The notes: generated by a model from the letters alone, not told the origin. Shown: positions 40,313 through 54,545, counted from the whole stretch's first letter. The stretch is DNA of 63,853 nt, filler included, from Octopus bimaculoides (GCF_001194135.2; 8 parts of 8 records of this genome joined end to end with filler, not necessarily neighbours in it), one strand, 5' to 3'. Translations and numbers: made by a program.

Positions 40313-40643
40313 TCTTGCCCTCCTGGCACTTGCACCAGTGGCACAAGAAAAGACATTCGAGCGAGTTCGTTGCCAGTACCGCTGGACTGGCTCCTGTGCA
40401 GGTGGCACGTAAAATACACCATTTCGAGCATGGTCGTTGCCAGTACTTCCTGACTGACCTTCGTGCCGGTGGCATGTAAAAGCAGCCACTACACTCTCGG
40501 AGTGGTTGGCGTTAGGAAGGGCATCCAGTTGTAGAAAGTCTGCCAAATCAGATTGGAGCCTGGTGTAGCCATCTGGTTCACCAGTCCTCAGTCAAATCGT
40601 CCAACCCATGCTAGCATGGAAAGCGGACATTAAACGATGATGA
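40313..40643 (+). mobile_element. SINE-like family D with RTE-type 3' tail and internal tandem units
   Basis: GAGTGGTTGGCGTTAGGAAGGGCATCCAG...CCAACCCATGCTAGCATGGAAAGCGGACATTAAACGATGATGAT; upstream repeats of GGTGGCACGTAAAA-like units. Confidence 0.75.
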
Positions 40644-40648
40644 TATAT

Positions 40649-40778
<130 letters not shown>

Positions 40779-41980
40779 ATATATATATACATATATATAC
40801 ACATACATACATACACTCTTATTTGTGAATTAATATGGCAACCAATGATTTTGAGTGGAAGAGATCTTCAAGTTACTTATGCGAATAACTTGGTAATGTT
40901 GGTGCTTGTCTCTGTTTTCAATGAGAACGTATGAGGTTATGTTTGACTATACAAGATTTATGTATGAGTGTGTATGTGTGTGCGTTTGTGCATGCTTGTG
41001 TGTGTGTGTCTGTGCCTGTATACATCTATGTATATGAGCATATGTGCTCAATAAAAAAACATGACATGGCAATATAATTGTGCGTAAATCAGTTATGAAA
41101 ATTTATGTAATATTTTTATGAACTGATACTCTGTCATTCAGTTTTGTTACTTATTTATCTAATACTTCCAATCTATACATTTTTCCTTCAATATTATCCC
41201 ATGACTTTTCTGTTTATCTTTTCTAATTTGACATTTTCTGTTTAACTATTTTACTTTTAATATTATCTGTAGTATTTTCTGACTTTTTTATATTTTGTTA
41301 TCAAAGAAAAAAGTCTTTCAATCATTTCAAAATATATTTTATTCTTGTTTTCTTTTTCTTTTTATACCCTACTTTAGCGACTGTTTTTTACGTTAAAATA
41401 TTTTGATTCTTATTTTTTCAATAATATTTGCTTATCTTAGTATTTTTCTTGTCTCCTTTGTATTTTCCTTTTTCTCCAAATATTTATATATCAAGATTTC
41501 TATTTGAAATTTGATTTGATTTGACACATTTTAAAAATGGCAATTTAATTATAGGCTTTTTATTACATTTAAATCTATCATAAAAAAAAGTATAACAATT
41601 ATAACATTAATGACAACGGCGATGATGATGATCATCATCATGATCATGGTGATTGTGATGATGATCATGGTGATTGTGATGATGACGACAAGAAGAAAAA
41701 GAAGAAGAATGCACATATACATAGAATATCTTCATCTGTCTAGTTATCTATGTATCTGTCTATATCTCTCCCATTTTTGCTTTTTCTCTGTTCTCACTCT
41801 TTGTGTGTGTACGTATATATATATATATATATATACATANNNNNNNNNNNNNNNNNNNNNNNNNNNNNNNNNNNNNNNNNNNNNNNNNNNNNNNNNNNNN
41901 NNNNNNNNNNNNNNNNNNNNNNNNNNNNNNNNNNNNNNNNNNNNNNNNNNNNNNNNNNNNNNNNNNNNNNNNNNNNNNNN

Positions 41981-42014
<34 letters not shown>

Positions 42015-42023
42015 ATTTACGTA

Positions 42024-42885
42024 TATATTGGATCACCCCATAAATAATGCAGTTCTTTTTTTACTTCTGTTATTTTTCAAAATTAAGATAAATGATGTTC
42101 TTTTTTAATCTAAAACATACCCTCCTTTATGTTTTACTATGCCTTTCTATCTATCTGGTAGACTTACAAGGCCCATCTTCCAAATTTTACTTGTCCATGA
42201 TGAAAAATACTCCTCCAGTACTGTTCTGACCTTGTCTACAGAATATATTTTTTCCATCCAAATGATCTTGAAGGCTGCAGAATAAATGATAATCAGATGG
42301 GGCAATGTCCAGTGAATATGGTGGGTGGGTCATCATTTCCCGTTCAAACTGCTCCAGCCTCTGGAATATCATCCTCATTGTATGTGGCTGAGTATTACCC
42401 TGATGAAAGAACACCGTTCGTCTTGAAACCAAAGATGGTCATTTTTCTTCTAGCTCTGACTTAAGCCACTCAAGCTGCTCACATTAGATCTCCTATGTTA
42501 TCATTTGATTTGGGCTTAGAAGTTCAAAGTGGACTAAACCTTTCATAGCCCACCAAACACATAATGATACCTTACGGGAGTGAGGACTTTCTTTAGCCTG
42601 GGGTGCTGGTGTTTCTCCTTTCCCTACCCACTGTCTTCAGCACTTGACATTTTTATAGCAGTCACTATTCAGTTCAAAAAAAGGTTCATTCATGAGACGT
42701 GACTGCAATGAAGAGTACACATTCACTCTCTGCACATGATTAGACTTGGAAAGTTTCTGAGGAACCCATTGACCCAAACTGCGGATTTTTTTGATGGCAC
42801 ACAGGTGTCAATGACTGGTTGCATTACCAAATCCAAGCGTCACTGGTAGTTTTTCAACAGCTATGATGGAATTTTGTTCCACTAG
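42024..42885 (-). mobile_element. Mariner remnant (Hsmar1/mellifera-like motifs), 5'-truncated
   Basis: LGQWVPQKL, KVSLCVWW, VFFHQGNTQPH, HPPYSLDIAPSDYHLF; TIR-like TATTGGATCACCCCATAAATAATGC at ~42024. Confidence 0.85.
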
Positions 42886-42911
42886 AGTTATATATATATA
42901 TATATATATAT

Positions 42912-43028
42912 ATCCCTGGCGAAGAATGTACACCCCAACACAGATTAGTAGTTAGCGACTTCGAGATCAAGGCAATATGGGTGCCCAGAAGTAGACCGGC
43001 CTGGGGGAGAAGGGTATGGAAACTTAAA
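42912..43028 (+). mobile_element. RTE LINE fragment (end of the endonuclease domain) running into a gap
   Basis: IPGEECTPQHRLVVSDFEIKAIWVPRSRPAWGRRVWKLK with no stops. Confidence 0.75.
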
Positions 43029-43446
43029 NNNNNNNNNNNNNNNNNNNNNNNNNNNNNNNNNNNNNNNNNNNNTTAATTAATTAANNNNNNNNNNNNNNNN
43101 NNNNNNNNNNNNNNNNNNNNNNNNNNNNTATATATATATATATATGTATGTATATATACATACAGATGCACACACACATATATTTTATATAATTGCGTGT
43201 GAGATAGTCAGTTTAGCTTGTCAAACGCTAGCCATCTTATTCATTGTTGCCCAGTCAATGTCAGGAAAAGAACGTGAAGAAATCGTTCGTAAATCATTGA
43301 GTTAAAGTGACATATATGTAGTACTCTCTAAGTACCCATGATTAAATATCCTGTACTAAACAAAAGCACCATGATCACCAAAAACTATTTCAAATACAGA
43401 TTTTACATCGTAGATCTTTTCCGGAGACTCATTCGATGAATAAGTA

Positions 43447-44621
43447 TATGCAGGTGGGCTGAATGTTTCATAGGCTAATCATGAAGAAGTGATACTAGAT
43501 TTGTCAAATCTTGCATGCAGTAATTTCAATATGTCGTATTACTAACTGCATTGTTTCTTTCCTGGTAAAGAGATAAATGATTCTTCAATGAAGATTTCAA
43601 AGTTAACTAGAAGCGAATTCACTTGAATATGGACAAAATTTAACCCCCAAGGGCGTTCATACTGACATGGTTGCTACATTAGAGGAATGACGCTTCTGCG
43701 TGCAAAAGTGGGCAACTGAATGTAGGAAAGTCTTGAAGATGACCCAAGATTTGGACATCCTGCAACTGCCACCACCAAGGAAACATTGATCATGTTCATT
43801 ACACGCTGATGGATAGCAGGCGATTAACTATAAATCTAATAACCAATAGTACCAGCATATCCCGTGGGTGAGTTCAGAATATTCTGTACAATGAACTTTG
43901 CATGACGAAAGTTTCTGCTCGGTCACATCAAGGGAAAATCATATATTGAGTCAGACCCAGCTGGTTTTCTTGAAAGTTTTCCAACTCAGAATAAGTGCTG
44001 GCGTCATCACGAAAGAGATAATCCATGCAGTGGAAACATCACTCCTCACCTGTACCAAAGGAAGACAAGATCGTTTCCTCAGCAAGGAAGGTGATGACCT
44101 TAGTTTTTGGTGATGCAAAAGCATTCTCCTTATTGACTATCTTCAAAATGGTCGCACCATCAATGGAGAGTACTGTGCCAAAATGCCGAGGCAGTTACGA
44201 AAGGCTATCAAAACCAAACACCCAGTCAACTGTCGAAAGAGGCCTTGTTTCATCAATACAATGCTCCAGGACACAAGTCCTCTTCGTCTCAATGGCTGCT
44301 GTACGTGGCCGTGACTTCGAACTGGTTGATCAACTTCCCTATTCTCCTGATTATGCCCCATCTGACTATCATCTGTTCCCAGACATGAAAAAACACTTGA
44401 CTGGTAACAAGTATCGCAGTAATAATAACGTCATATCTGCTATTGATACTTTATTTTCCCAGCGGGATAAAAGCTTCTCCACCAATGGGATAGAAGCACT
44501 GCAACACCCATGGAAGAAGTGCGTAAACCGTAAGGAGGCTGCATTGAAAAATAAACATCATTTGGTCACATTCCATCAGAGTCTCTTAATCAGCCTATGA
44601 ACCTTTCAGCCGATCCTCATA
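43447..44621 (+). mobile_element. Mariner (DD34D; irritans/Hsmar2-like motifs) with both ~30-bp TIRs, internally deleted
   Basis: TIRs TATGCAGGTGGGCTGAATGTTTCATAGGCT (43447-76) and AGCCTATGAACCTTTCAGCCGATCCTCATA (44592-621); QWKHHSSPVPK, SARKVMTLVFGDAK, LPYSPDYAPSDYHLFPDMKKHL. Confidence 0.92.
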
Positions 44622-47600
44622 CATCCACATGGCGGTTAGTGATCTAAATACGTTCCCTAAAATGCAGCTTTGTACGAATTGTTGAAACACAGCAAGGAGA
44701 TGCAAACTTGATATATTATTCTTAAGAGATATATTATTCGTACGAAAGATACGAAGTTGTTCCGTAAAGTATGGAAAATCCAGAGGTTCACTACTACACT
44801 CACCAAGACTTTTATCTTGCTTTGTAAGGATCAGTCTCAGTAAACAAGGATCAATGTCAGTAAACAAATCCATGCTTGCTGGAATCTTGCTGTTGCTGTG
44901 AATAATGAATTTAGAAGTTTGAATTCTTCTTTGTACTATTAATTATAGTATCGTCCTCAGTCTTACTGCAGATGTGTTACTGTATTAATTCCTGCAGCTC
45001 TACAGCAAATAAACTTTTACCATGAGGTTATATTATTCACTCCAAATTTTCCTCGTCGACATATTGCATTTCCTTTTCGGAGGTGAACTCAATGATGGCT
45101 GTTGATAACATTTCTTTGTAATTTCAGAAAGTCACTGCTTGCTCCTTATCATAGCTTCGTTCAAACTCTGCACGCGCAGTTCTCAGTTACAACGTCCTAG
45201 GATGCTTTGATATTATGATATCTATTTCATTATACAGTAGCGGTTTCTATAAAGTCTTCGATAAGATATTTTGACCACCTCTTTCGTCGCTGAGTTGTTT
45301 AAAGTACCATGAAGTAGAAGGCCTTGATATTAGAAATTACACCCGGCTCCACGGATTGAAATAAGGAGATGGTGTTAGTAGGTAAATGACTTTGACAAGA
45401 TTGCGGGCTTGAAAGACATCGAGATTCTACAAGTCACCTGGATTATTGTCAATCTCAAACAATGACATATTTTAAGTTATGGTCTTCGTAATATCTTTTC
45501 ATTGCTAAACTAAAATGTGGGTGAAACTATTGAAAAATTCTATTGTCACTCATGCCCTGCTGTTTGAACTCAAAGTCCTCTCATATATCATAGTATTTCT
45601 GGATGATGAACGAGCGTTGTCTTGGTGTTGAAGCCTCCTCAAGCATTATCGTTAAGTAGTAGTGCTAAACCTTGAAGCAAATAGCGTTTTTAAATATTTC
45701 TCGTGAAATGAAAGTGAAATGGCTCTCTTTATCAGAAAAGTACTGTTTCATCGATCGTGACAACGATTTCGAGAGAGAACTTAAACAAAATAAACGAAGA
45801 TCACAGATTCTCGACGTACACCAGCTTCATTTCGTTCAGCATTTGCAATTTTCTATAGTGTGGAGTTTTCCGCGACACTTTAGCTGATCTTTCAGTACTT
45901 GATTTTTGAGCTATTTTAAAAGTTTTTAAGAGCAAAAAGTTATGTGAAATATTTGTGTATGGGGAAATATATATTAATTTGAATGATTGTTTGTACATTC
46001 CTTCATAATATATATTTCTTCACGAACATACTCATTCTGTTACTCCACTTTCTATAAAACACTTTCACTTTTTGAGAGGAAGAAAATACTCTCTCCTTCA
46101 CTTTTATGTGCATGGCAACGGCATAGTATTAAGATAGCAAGGAAGGTATCCTCATTACTTGTAATTTTTATTGCTTTTGTAACCATCCTACGTTTATACA
46201 AATTCATTTGTACAACAGATTTTATTTCCACTTTACATTTAACTAAACATCAAAATTCGAAGATTTGAAGTAACAAGAGAAAATTTAAGACAAAATTAAT
46301 GGATTAGCAGATGCAAAATGATTGAACATATACATATATTATTAAAGAGGATCACTGTATACATTTGTGATGGGAAGAGAAAACATGGTTGGTAAAAGGA
46401 CTACAGATTGTATGTTACAATATCAAGAACGAAAAGACAACAAAGAAAGCAAAGCATGTACGAGAAACAAGAACGAGAAAGGAATCGAGTATGGAAACAA
46501 AATATGAATGAAGAATTGTTGCTACATTTGAACACCAGAGATAATTAGGTGCCTCTGTGATAAAATGCCAACATGAAAAATAAAAATCTTTTATTTTCAA
46601 TGCCTTGATCTGATGTCATCTTTAACTTACATAAATTAAGATATGTAAATTCATATAAAATATTAAAGCGAGAAAATTTATTAAAATTTGTTATTTCTAT
46701 GGGTTCTACTTGTTATTTTGATAATGTTCCATCTCAATAAAATATTATCTCCTAGAAAAAAGAGCTGTTACATCGAATCAGCGCTAAACGGGGCAACGCT
46801 AAGTGGTTTCATAAAGCGGAAGAACAAACTATATATTTGTGTATGTGCGTATGTGAATGTCTGTGGGTTTGACAGTGTGTATATGTATGCGCGCATATAA
46901 ATAATTATGTGTGAGTTTATATTATTTTAATGCGTAGATTGTTATCTTACTTCTCGTTCCGTTTTATTACTTCTATTCTGGACTGTTGCGAAGCTGAAAG
47001 TTATGTGCAGCCTTGACGACTGTCAGGTCATGGCGCCTTTCACATGCTGTTATTAATAATGTTTAAAGGTCAATCACTTCAGATTTAAAGATTTTTTTTC
47101 TAACCCAATAATCTGTTTCTTTTTTAATGTGATTATTTTTTAGCAATAATTCTTATTGCTTTGATTCATAATAAGTTGTTGCCATCTCATGTGTTGAGTG
47201 CTATGAATACTATTTCCCATTCAACTGATCCCTATATTGTTGCGTCTATATCACAAATAAATTGTATCAGAACTATCGATGCACAGCTGTGACTTCACCC
47301 TCATGTCCTAAATGCCATGAACTCAATACTAGTTCATTGTTATTAGCAAGTCCCATAAACTAAATATATCGATTGTACAATGTTTATTTCATTGTTTCGA
47401 ATTATCTAACAACACAACAATATCTTTCAAGATAAAGGACACAAACATTATTTAACTGACGGGTAAATGACATACAATTACTATTTCATAAACTGTTATA
47501 ATAGCAATATTTGCTATCTAATCCGAAACGTATATTTATAAGCAGTACTAATCCTTTGGAAAACATATCCATTAAACAGAGAGAAGGTTACGAAGATTCG

Positions 47601-49090
47601 GCTTGTTGAGAAGATAAAGGTTATCTTTTTCAGAAAAATCTTAAAACTCAAATTAATGCCATACAATAATATCTATAGAAAAGAGGATTCTTTCAACAGC
47701 ATCAATGGAAGCTGGTACTGGGAAAGGAAATTGTTTATGTCACTCATAAATGCTTGACAACGTAAATATTGTTGCATGCTGATAAAATAGATACTACTTG
47801 TAAAATATAATTTCTTGGATGCGATACAGAACTAACATTTGAAAATAAATTGGGAAAGCACAGATAATTAAATCGGTCTATTTTAATCAATGCTGTTTAT
47901 TCATATTGCATCGCCAAAGAAATTACACGAAAAGGCGAACTGTACGTAACCAAATGAAACAACAGTAACAGCGAAAAAGATACAAGGAAAGGAATGCAAT
48001 GTAGTACAATATAGTTAAAGCCAGTGTTTAAGAAATTTACTGTCTCTCTAAATATGCATTCCTTGAGCAGCATACATATTCCATCATTTGCATCAAAAAT
48101 AAATAAATATATGAAATGATAATAATAAATAAATGTCATTTTCGCCTGCATGTGGAATATATTTTCTGCCGCCAAGTGTCACAATATAAAAATAATGAGA
48201 ATAAATTGAATGTATAAAAGTCATCATACGATTACTAAAATATGGGTTTCTGTCTCTGAAACCGATCTCTTGATAAAAATTTAGCATTGTAAATCATTCC
48301 GGTTTCCACGAATAACAACTCAGCTTTGTACACAGGATATACAGCGTACCAGTTTGGAAATCACACGCAGCAATACAATACCTCATACTACTTGCGTCAC
48401 CTACAAGATACATCAACACTCACCAATGTAAACTTGATTACACTGAAACTAGTAATGGTCTACGTCGGCAATAAGTTCAAAAAGAGGTTGCAAAGAGGTA
48501 TTAGTTAGTTTCTTGTGGAGAAGAGAAGAAAGGTTGGTTGCAGACAAAGCCATTTATCAGAAAACTGAGGAATAGTTGTTGGTCAGTATTAGTATTGTTG
48601 TAATTTCTTCCACTGATGGAAAAAGTCAGTTCCGGCTTATTTTTCACAAATTTCTTTGACATATACTAAAGTAACATTGCACGGGTATAATTATGTGGAT
48701 TTGATTCTGAGTATAATTTCAGGATATGAGTTTGACATCAAAGCCAACTTGATTTCCAATTGTTTTGTACATCGGTCTCAATAAACTATGTATGTGGAGT
48801 GTTTTGTAAAAATAAGATATACTGTTCTATCATACATACGCTAAATTTTACTGTGGTAAGCTTACCATTTACTATTCAACATAAAGCTCAGAATACGGAT
48901 TCAGATCCATTTCAAGCTAAGTTTTCTACAATGTGTAAAAGGATTTATTCCCTCTTTTTCAAGTGTAGATGCACGTTTCTATGTATGTATGTATGTATGT
49001 ATGTATGTATGTATGTATGTATATGTGTGTGTATGTAAGTATGTATACACAGGCACAAATATACATATGCAAAAGTATATATTTATATAT

Positions 49091-49463
49091 CGTGGTGCTC
49101 CGTCGGTTACGACGACGAAGGTTCCAGTTGATCCGATCAACGGAACAGCCTGCTCGTGAAATTAACGTGTAAGTGGCTGAGCATTTCACAGACACGTGTA
49201 CCCTTTGCGTAGCTCTCGAGGAGAGTCAGCGTGACTCAGTTTGTGACAAGGCTGGCCCTTTGAAATACAGGTACAATACAAACAGGAAGAAAGAGTGAGA
49301 GAAGGTTGTGGTGAAAGAGTACAGCAGGGTTCGCCATCCCCTACCAGAGCCTCGTGGAGCTTTTAGGTGTTTTCGCTCAATAAACACTCAACCGGTCTGG
49401 GAATCGAAACCGCGATTCCAAGACCACGCGTCCGCTGCCCTGACCACTGGGCCATTGCGCCTC
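49091..49463 (-). mobile_element. SINE sharing the family C tail but with a different head and central domain
   Basis: 49091-49270 aligns to 6662-6810 and 24186-24360; 49275-49463 differs and ends in a tRNA-like head (minus strand GCGCAATGGCCCAGTGGTCAGGGCAGCGGAC...GGTTTCGATTCCC). Confidence 0.85.
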
Positions 49464-49469
49464 TGCATT

Positions 49470-49531
<62 letters not shown>

Positions 49532-49574
49532 CAGTTTCCGTGGCTCCTGTGCTCTTAAGTACATTGAATAGCAA

Positions 49575-50135
49575 GTTGACACAACAGGTTTTTCAGGTTG
49601 CGCTTTGCTACGCATCCAAGTGATACAGGCATCTCTCAAGCCATTATGGTTGTTCTGCGCCATGTAATTTTCGGTCCTCCTCTCTATTTTTTACCTTCTG
49701 CTGGTGTCCTTTTGAAACCTATTTTGATTTGCATTCTATATTTTAATCCGCATTCTGTGATGGTTTCGTTAAGTATGTTTGTTTTGGCTTTTTAGGATTT
49801 CTGCACTGGTTACGTGAAATTGTCAGTACGTTCTCAGAATCCTTCTCAAGCATATTTGGTGAAATACATTCCTGTTGATTTTTACGGTGCTCAACCATAT
49901 CTCACTTCAGAGCTGTTGCTTGACCTAATCTGCAATAGAACCGGAGATTTTGTGTAGACCGACGGTATTCGAAGACATGTCAGCGCCCATTCTCAGGATA
50001 ACGGCCACGGCTTTGCAAATCCCATTGCTGGCGTCAGACTCAATATTGCCATTCTTACCGATGATGCAACCCTGACGGGAATATCTGTGCACTGGCTCAA
50101 AAGTTTGTTGATTTATCTTTATGATTGTTGACTAA
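49575..50135 (-). mobile_element. Old RTE-clade LINE, RT C-terminal fragment
   Basis: GCIIGKNGNIESD, SEIWLST, VFHQICLRRIL, VTSAEIL, TPAEGKK*RGGPKITWRRT. Confidence 0.8.
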
Positions 50136-50699
50136 CCTTTGTGATCATTCTTTATGATTCTCCATCCATTATGTTTGTTATTTTCTGTAGGTCATAATCC
50201 TAAAGAAGACACTCATACCTCATACGTAGACATATAGATACAAAAATAGACATACACTTACACACACACGCAGTTCGAGTTATGAACTGATATAGCAGAT
50301 ACATATATATATATATATATATATATATGGTATATTCTGTTAAGAACGTAGAGTACAGTTTAAAGCTCACCCACCTTCAGATTTCACCCTGTGCTATCCA
50401 ATATTAGTATTATACGTACTTCCAGGCTTACGTTTGGGCTTCTGTCATGTGTGAAAATATAATTGAAAAAAATTAGAGTCAATAGAAAGTACGATTGGAC
50501 ATTTAATTTCGACCACTAAAATTGTTTCTACGCAACGTAGTTCTTCAGGCGTGCAGGTACTTATGCAACCGTTTCCTTGCATTATAAAATCGTGTTGTGT
50601 TTCCTCAGGCGATTCAAATTTCCGGCTTCGAGAGAATCCTCTCTGTCTGTCGTGAACGGAGTTAATAGTAGCCACTGAGTTCGTCGAAGGTGTGTTGTT

Positions 50700-51205
50700 G
50701 CTAAATAGATATATATATATATATCTTCCTTTCTCTCTTTCCCTTTTTTCCACATTTCTTGGTCCTCTCTTTCTTTATCTCCCACTATTTCCCACTCGTT
50801 TATCTCCCCTGCACATTTCCCTTTGTCTCTGATTTCTTTTTCAAATCCTCCAATCCCGCAGTCCCCTACCCATCTATCCTCCTTCCACGTGATCAGTGTC
50901 CGGTCAGCCATGATCTTTCTTTCTTGGCCAGACTGCCGACCGTCAACACGTCTTGTGTCCATCTCCCATGTTCCTGCCTTTATGCTTTTACTTCATACGC
51001 GCTAGCTTAATTTGAATCGTTCTCAGTCGAAAGACGCCTGTTGTTATTTCTTGTTGTTGTATTGGTAATTGTGTACCATGTTCTCCGTTTTTTGTTTGTT
51101 TGTTATTTTTCCCTAGCTTTCTTACAAAGTGATCTAATGCTCTTAGCTTAGACTTCTGGGGGGACCACCAAATCGAACCATCTCAAGTGTAACTGTCCGA
51201 AATGT
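50700..51205 (+). mobile_element. Dispersed repeat (probable Penelope terminal repeat), homologous to 55190-55620
   Basis: Shared GCTTAATT(T)GAAT...AGTCGAAAGAC.CC.GTTGTT...ATCTA.TGCTCTTAGCTTAGA; both copies end at (TA)n. Confidence 0.6.
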
Positions 51206-51409
51206 ATATATATATATATAGTAAATCCCCAACCAAAAACGAAGAACAGACACAATAAAAAAACATCGCCCCTCCGTTTTAATCTTGAAAGGAAGGTGTT
51301 GTTTTAATACTATTGTGAAATTTACCTAAAGTTTAAGACCTTCGCACTGGAACAAAAGATAGCAAACTCACATTTCAAATGGTTTTCGAAATAATAATCA
51401 ATAAATCGA

Positions 51410-52062
51410 AATTATTGTGTTGGAATAAACGTTCCAATCAGTTTATAAGTAACATTTTAAAACAATATTTAGATATTTTCGCACACTTTTACTCAACTAA
51501 ATTGTCCAATTTTGTTCCAGTACTTTACATCTTTGAGGCAGCATCATGATCTCATCCGTCCGGAACTTGATATTGCTCATCAGAAGTTGTAAGGTCAGGT
51601 GAGTATTGTGTGTGTGGCAGGATATCCCAGCCGTATTCTGCTGAGTTTGCAAGGAAACATTAGGCCTAACTTTGTCTTGAAGGAAGCTGACCTGCTTCCG
51701 ATTTAATAATTCTGAACGCTTCTCATTTATGCTTCCTTTAATCGGTCTAACTGGGAACAATAATTGTCTGATTTCAATTCGTAATAAAAAAAATCCTTCC
51801 AATCTCACTAGATACAGAGCATCATCTTCTCTGGATACTGCCTGGCTTTGGGAGTAATTAAAGATGGTACATTTCATTTTCTCTAGAACCTTTTCTGATC
51901 CACATTTTGTAAACAATTCATTTTTCATCATCTTTGATCGTTCTTTTCAAAAATAGTTTAGGTTGTTTCTGTTGTGTTTCAGCAAAGAATAGTTGATGGA
52001 AATGTGGTCCATTATATTTTTATTTTAAATAAAAAGCACACAAAAATTCACGTAACCGAGTA
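51410..52062 (-). mobile_element. Heavily decayed mariner remnant
   Basis: INEKRSELLNRKQVSFLQDKVRPNVSLQTQQ corresponds to the EKRP.L.NRK.V.FHQDNARPH.SL motif. Confidence 0.7.
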
Positions 52063-53649
52063 TTTTTAAATGCCTTACAACGCTCATATGATACATGTGG
52101 AAAATTTCTGCGATGTCTTATGCCGTGTGAACTGGATTATTTATGATGAACGTTTCGACTGCATTATCATCAACGACTGCCAGTACGTTCACAGTCTTCC
52201 AGAACAAGCTCTTCACTCCTAAACCTAGCGTACCACTTATGAGCTCTTTCTCTCCATTTTCACTTTTAATGTAAAAACAGTAGAAATAAACCATTCACAC
52301 AATAATCATGTAAGAAGCGGTGTTGAAATATCACCTTTCATGTTCTTCCATCATATGAAAAAGGAAAATACGTGTTTAAATGCCACCAGTTGAAAAATGT
52401 TACGTACTTTTGTTCTAAATAAATCGATGTGTTCTTCATACCTGATCTATTTTCACGTAGAGAACGCTATGTTACCAGAACTACATAGGAAACGGTAAGT
52501 ATAATAGATATGCAAACATAATTGGCCTGGATTTTGTGCACATTGAAATTTTCCTGTTATAAACTTTCTACTATGTTATATATTATCAAATACTTCGTTT
52601 AAAAAAAATATTCAAAGATGTGTATGATCTGCCACTCATTCATTTCTTAGCGTATTCTTTTATTTTGTAATCTTTATCATTTATCATTATCAACAATGCC
52701 GAGCACGGTGACAAAGTCATCCTCATTACCACCACTAATGTGAAACAGAGAAAAGAAAACAATTTCAACGGTCAAACTGAAATGTGTACCCAACATCGAT
52801 CAACATACCAACTGCACCACAGAACTCCTACCTTGCTTTCCTTTTAACTTCAGCATTATATATATTATATTCTTACTTTCCTATTACACATATTTGAAGA
52901 AATGAAGAAGAGTAGAATATGATAATTGGGATATGGGCTTCGGTTTTATCTTGAATGCTTGCAAATACATCGAGCAATAAAATGGCGAGTGTAGTGTCAG
53001 GAAGATGAATGAGATTTAAGTAACTTTGATGAGTGAGATAAGGCGAGATGTCTATGAATATACTTGCATGTGCATGTTTGTGCGCATGAATTTACTTTTA
53101 TGCAATGAATTGATATAAATTCACTACATTTATCCACAATATAATTTTTACATGTGTTTTGTTAGTGCAGTGTACTGAGTTCAACTTTCTCTATGGGAAA
53201 AACTACCGCTTTGCAAACGAAATGTTTATCCTTTTACATAGTATTGGCAATCTACTCTCGTAAAACTGGCAATACAACAGTTATTTAATTACACAATTTG
53301 TGTGTGTTGTAAACAGGTTGATTCCAGGGAACAGGATATAGAATTCACGCTTTAACCCATTTCATTCCGTTTAGAATTGAAGTTTAAATATGTTAAAACA
53401 ATTTTAAAAGTCAACTGGTGAAACGACGATAGACAAATTATCACTTCAGATTTCAGATACTAGATAATAGGTCAGTGACATTCGAATCAACAGGAGACTG
53501 TATATTCACCAGAGTAAACCACATGTTTAGGGTATATTTTTCCTTTTTCTTCTTCATAAACAGGGAGAGATGTTGTTTACAATGTGTATGTCTTCCATAG
53601 GAATATTAACAAAGTTAAGTGAAATGAACTTGAGTCAAATGAGACTTAA

Positions 53650-54545
53650 CACTCTCGGTAATTATACATAATCATTCAAATTAGTATTATCATAAAATAC
53701 TGCAGACTGAATTCGAAGTTTCACAGAATCTCCTCAACCTTCGGTTCAATTCTGTATAAACTTTTTCTGCGAAAACGTAACGGAGGGATCTCTTTCTATT
53801 TCCCGAATTCGAGTGAGATTTTTAAATTTCATATTTCAATTATCCTTCCATTCTATCATCGCATCTTCTCCAGGTGCAAGTAAAAGTCATTTGTGCACAT
53901 CTGCTGTTATGATTGTTTTACTTTTTACTAGCTTGTGTGCCATACAAGCAACATGCAGTCTATTATGTCATTTCAGCTAATGTGATTCCTCTCCCGTTTC
54001 GCGATGTCCAGATTGCATTCATCTGGGAAAATTTTATTAATTTGTAGAATTAATTTGTCTATTATTGTTTCAAGGTGTCCTTTCTGTTTATTTTTCATGC
54101 GTTTTTCTTTAGTTAGCAATTTTACCTGTTTCTCTAATCGTGAACACTGTTTTTCCTTGCCAAGCCTGTAATATCTTTAATAGATTCATAAACTAATCTA
54201 ATATTCTTATCTTTACTTCTTATTTCGTCTGAAATTCAGTAGTATTTCTTCCTATGCTGTATCATGTCTCACATTTAGTTTGGAATTCTACTTTCTGTCT
54301 TATTCTTCTACTACCAAGAGATCATTTTCTCACTTCCTTTCCACTGTTCTAATAACATTCTACATTTGATATAAATCCAACTCCCAACTCTTCTCCCTTT
54401 CTTACGTCTGTAAACAGCAAACTTCACATTTCAAACTTCCTTTAAAATTTCCACAATATTGCTTTGAAGTCAAGATTCCTGATGTCATATTTCTCTGTCG
54501 CTTAATGTTTAACTTACATGCTGTAATTTGGTGATCGATAACGAC
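53650..54545 (-). mobile_element. Very old RTE-like LINE fragment (end of endonuclease to start of RT)
   Basis: Patchy motifs IDHQITACKLNIK, EKQCSRLE, IEWK, VFAEKVYTELNRRL; many stops. Confidence 0.5.
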
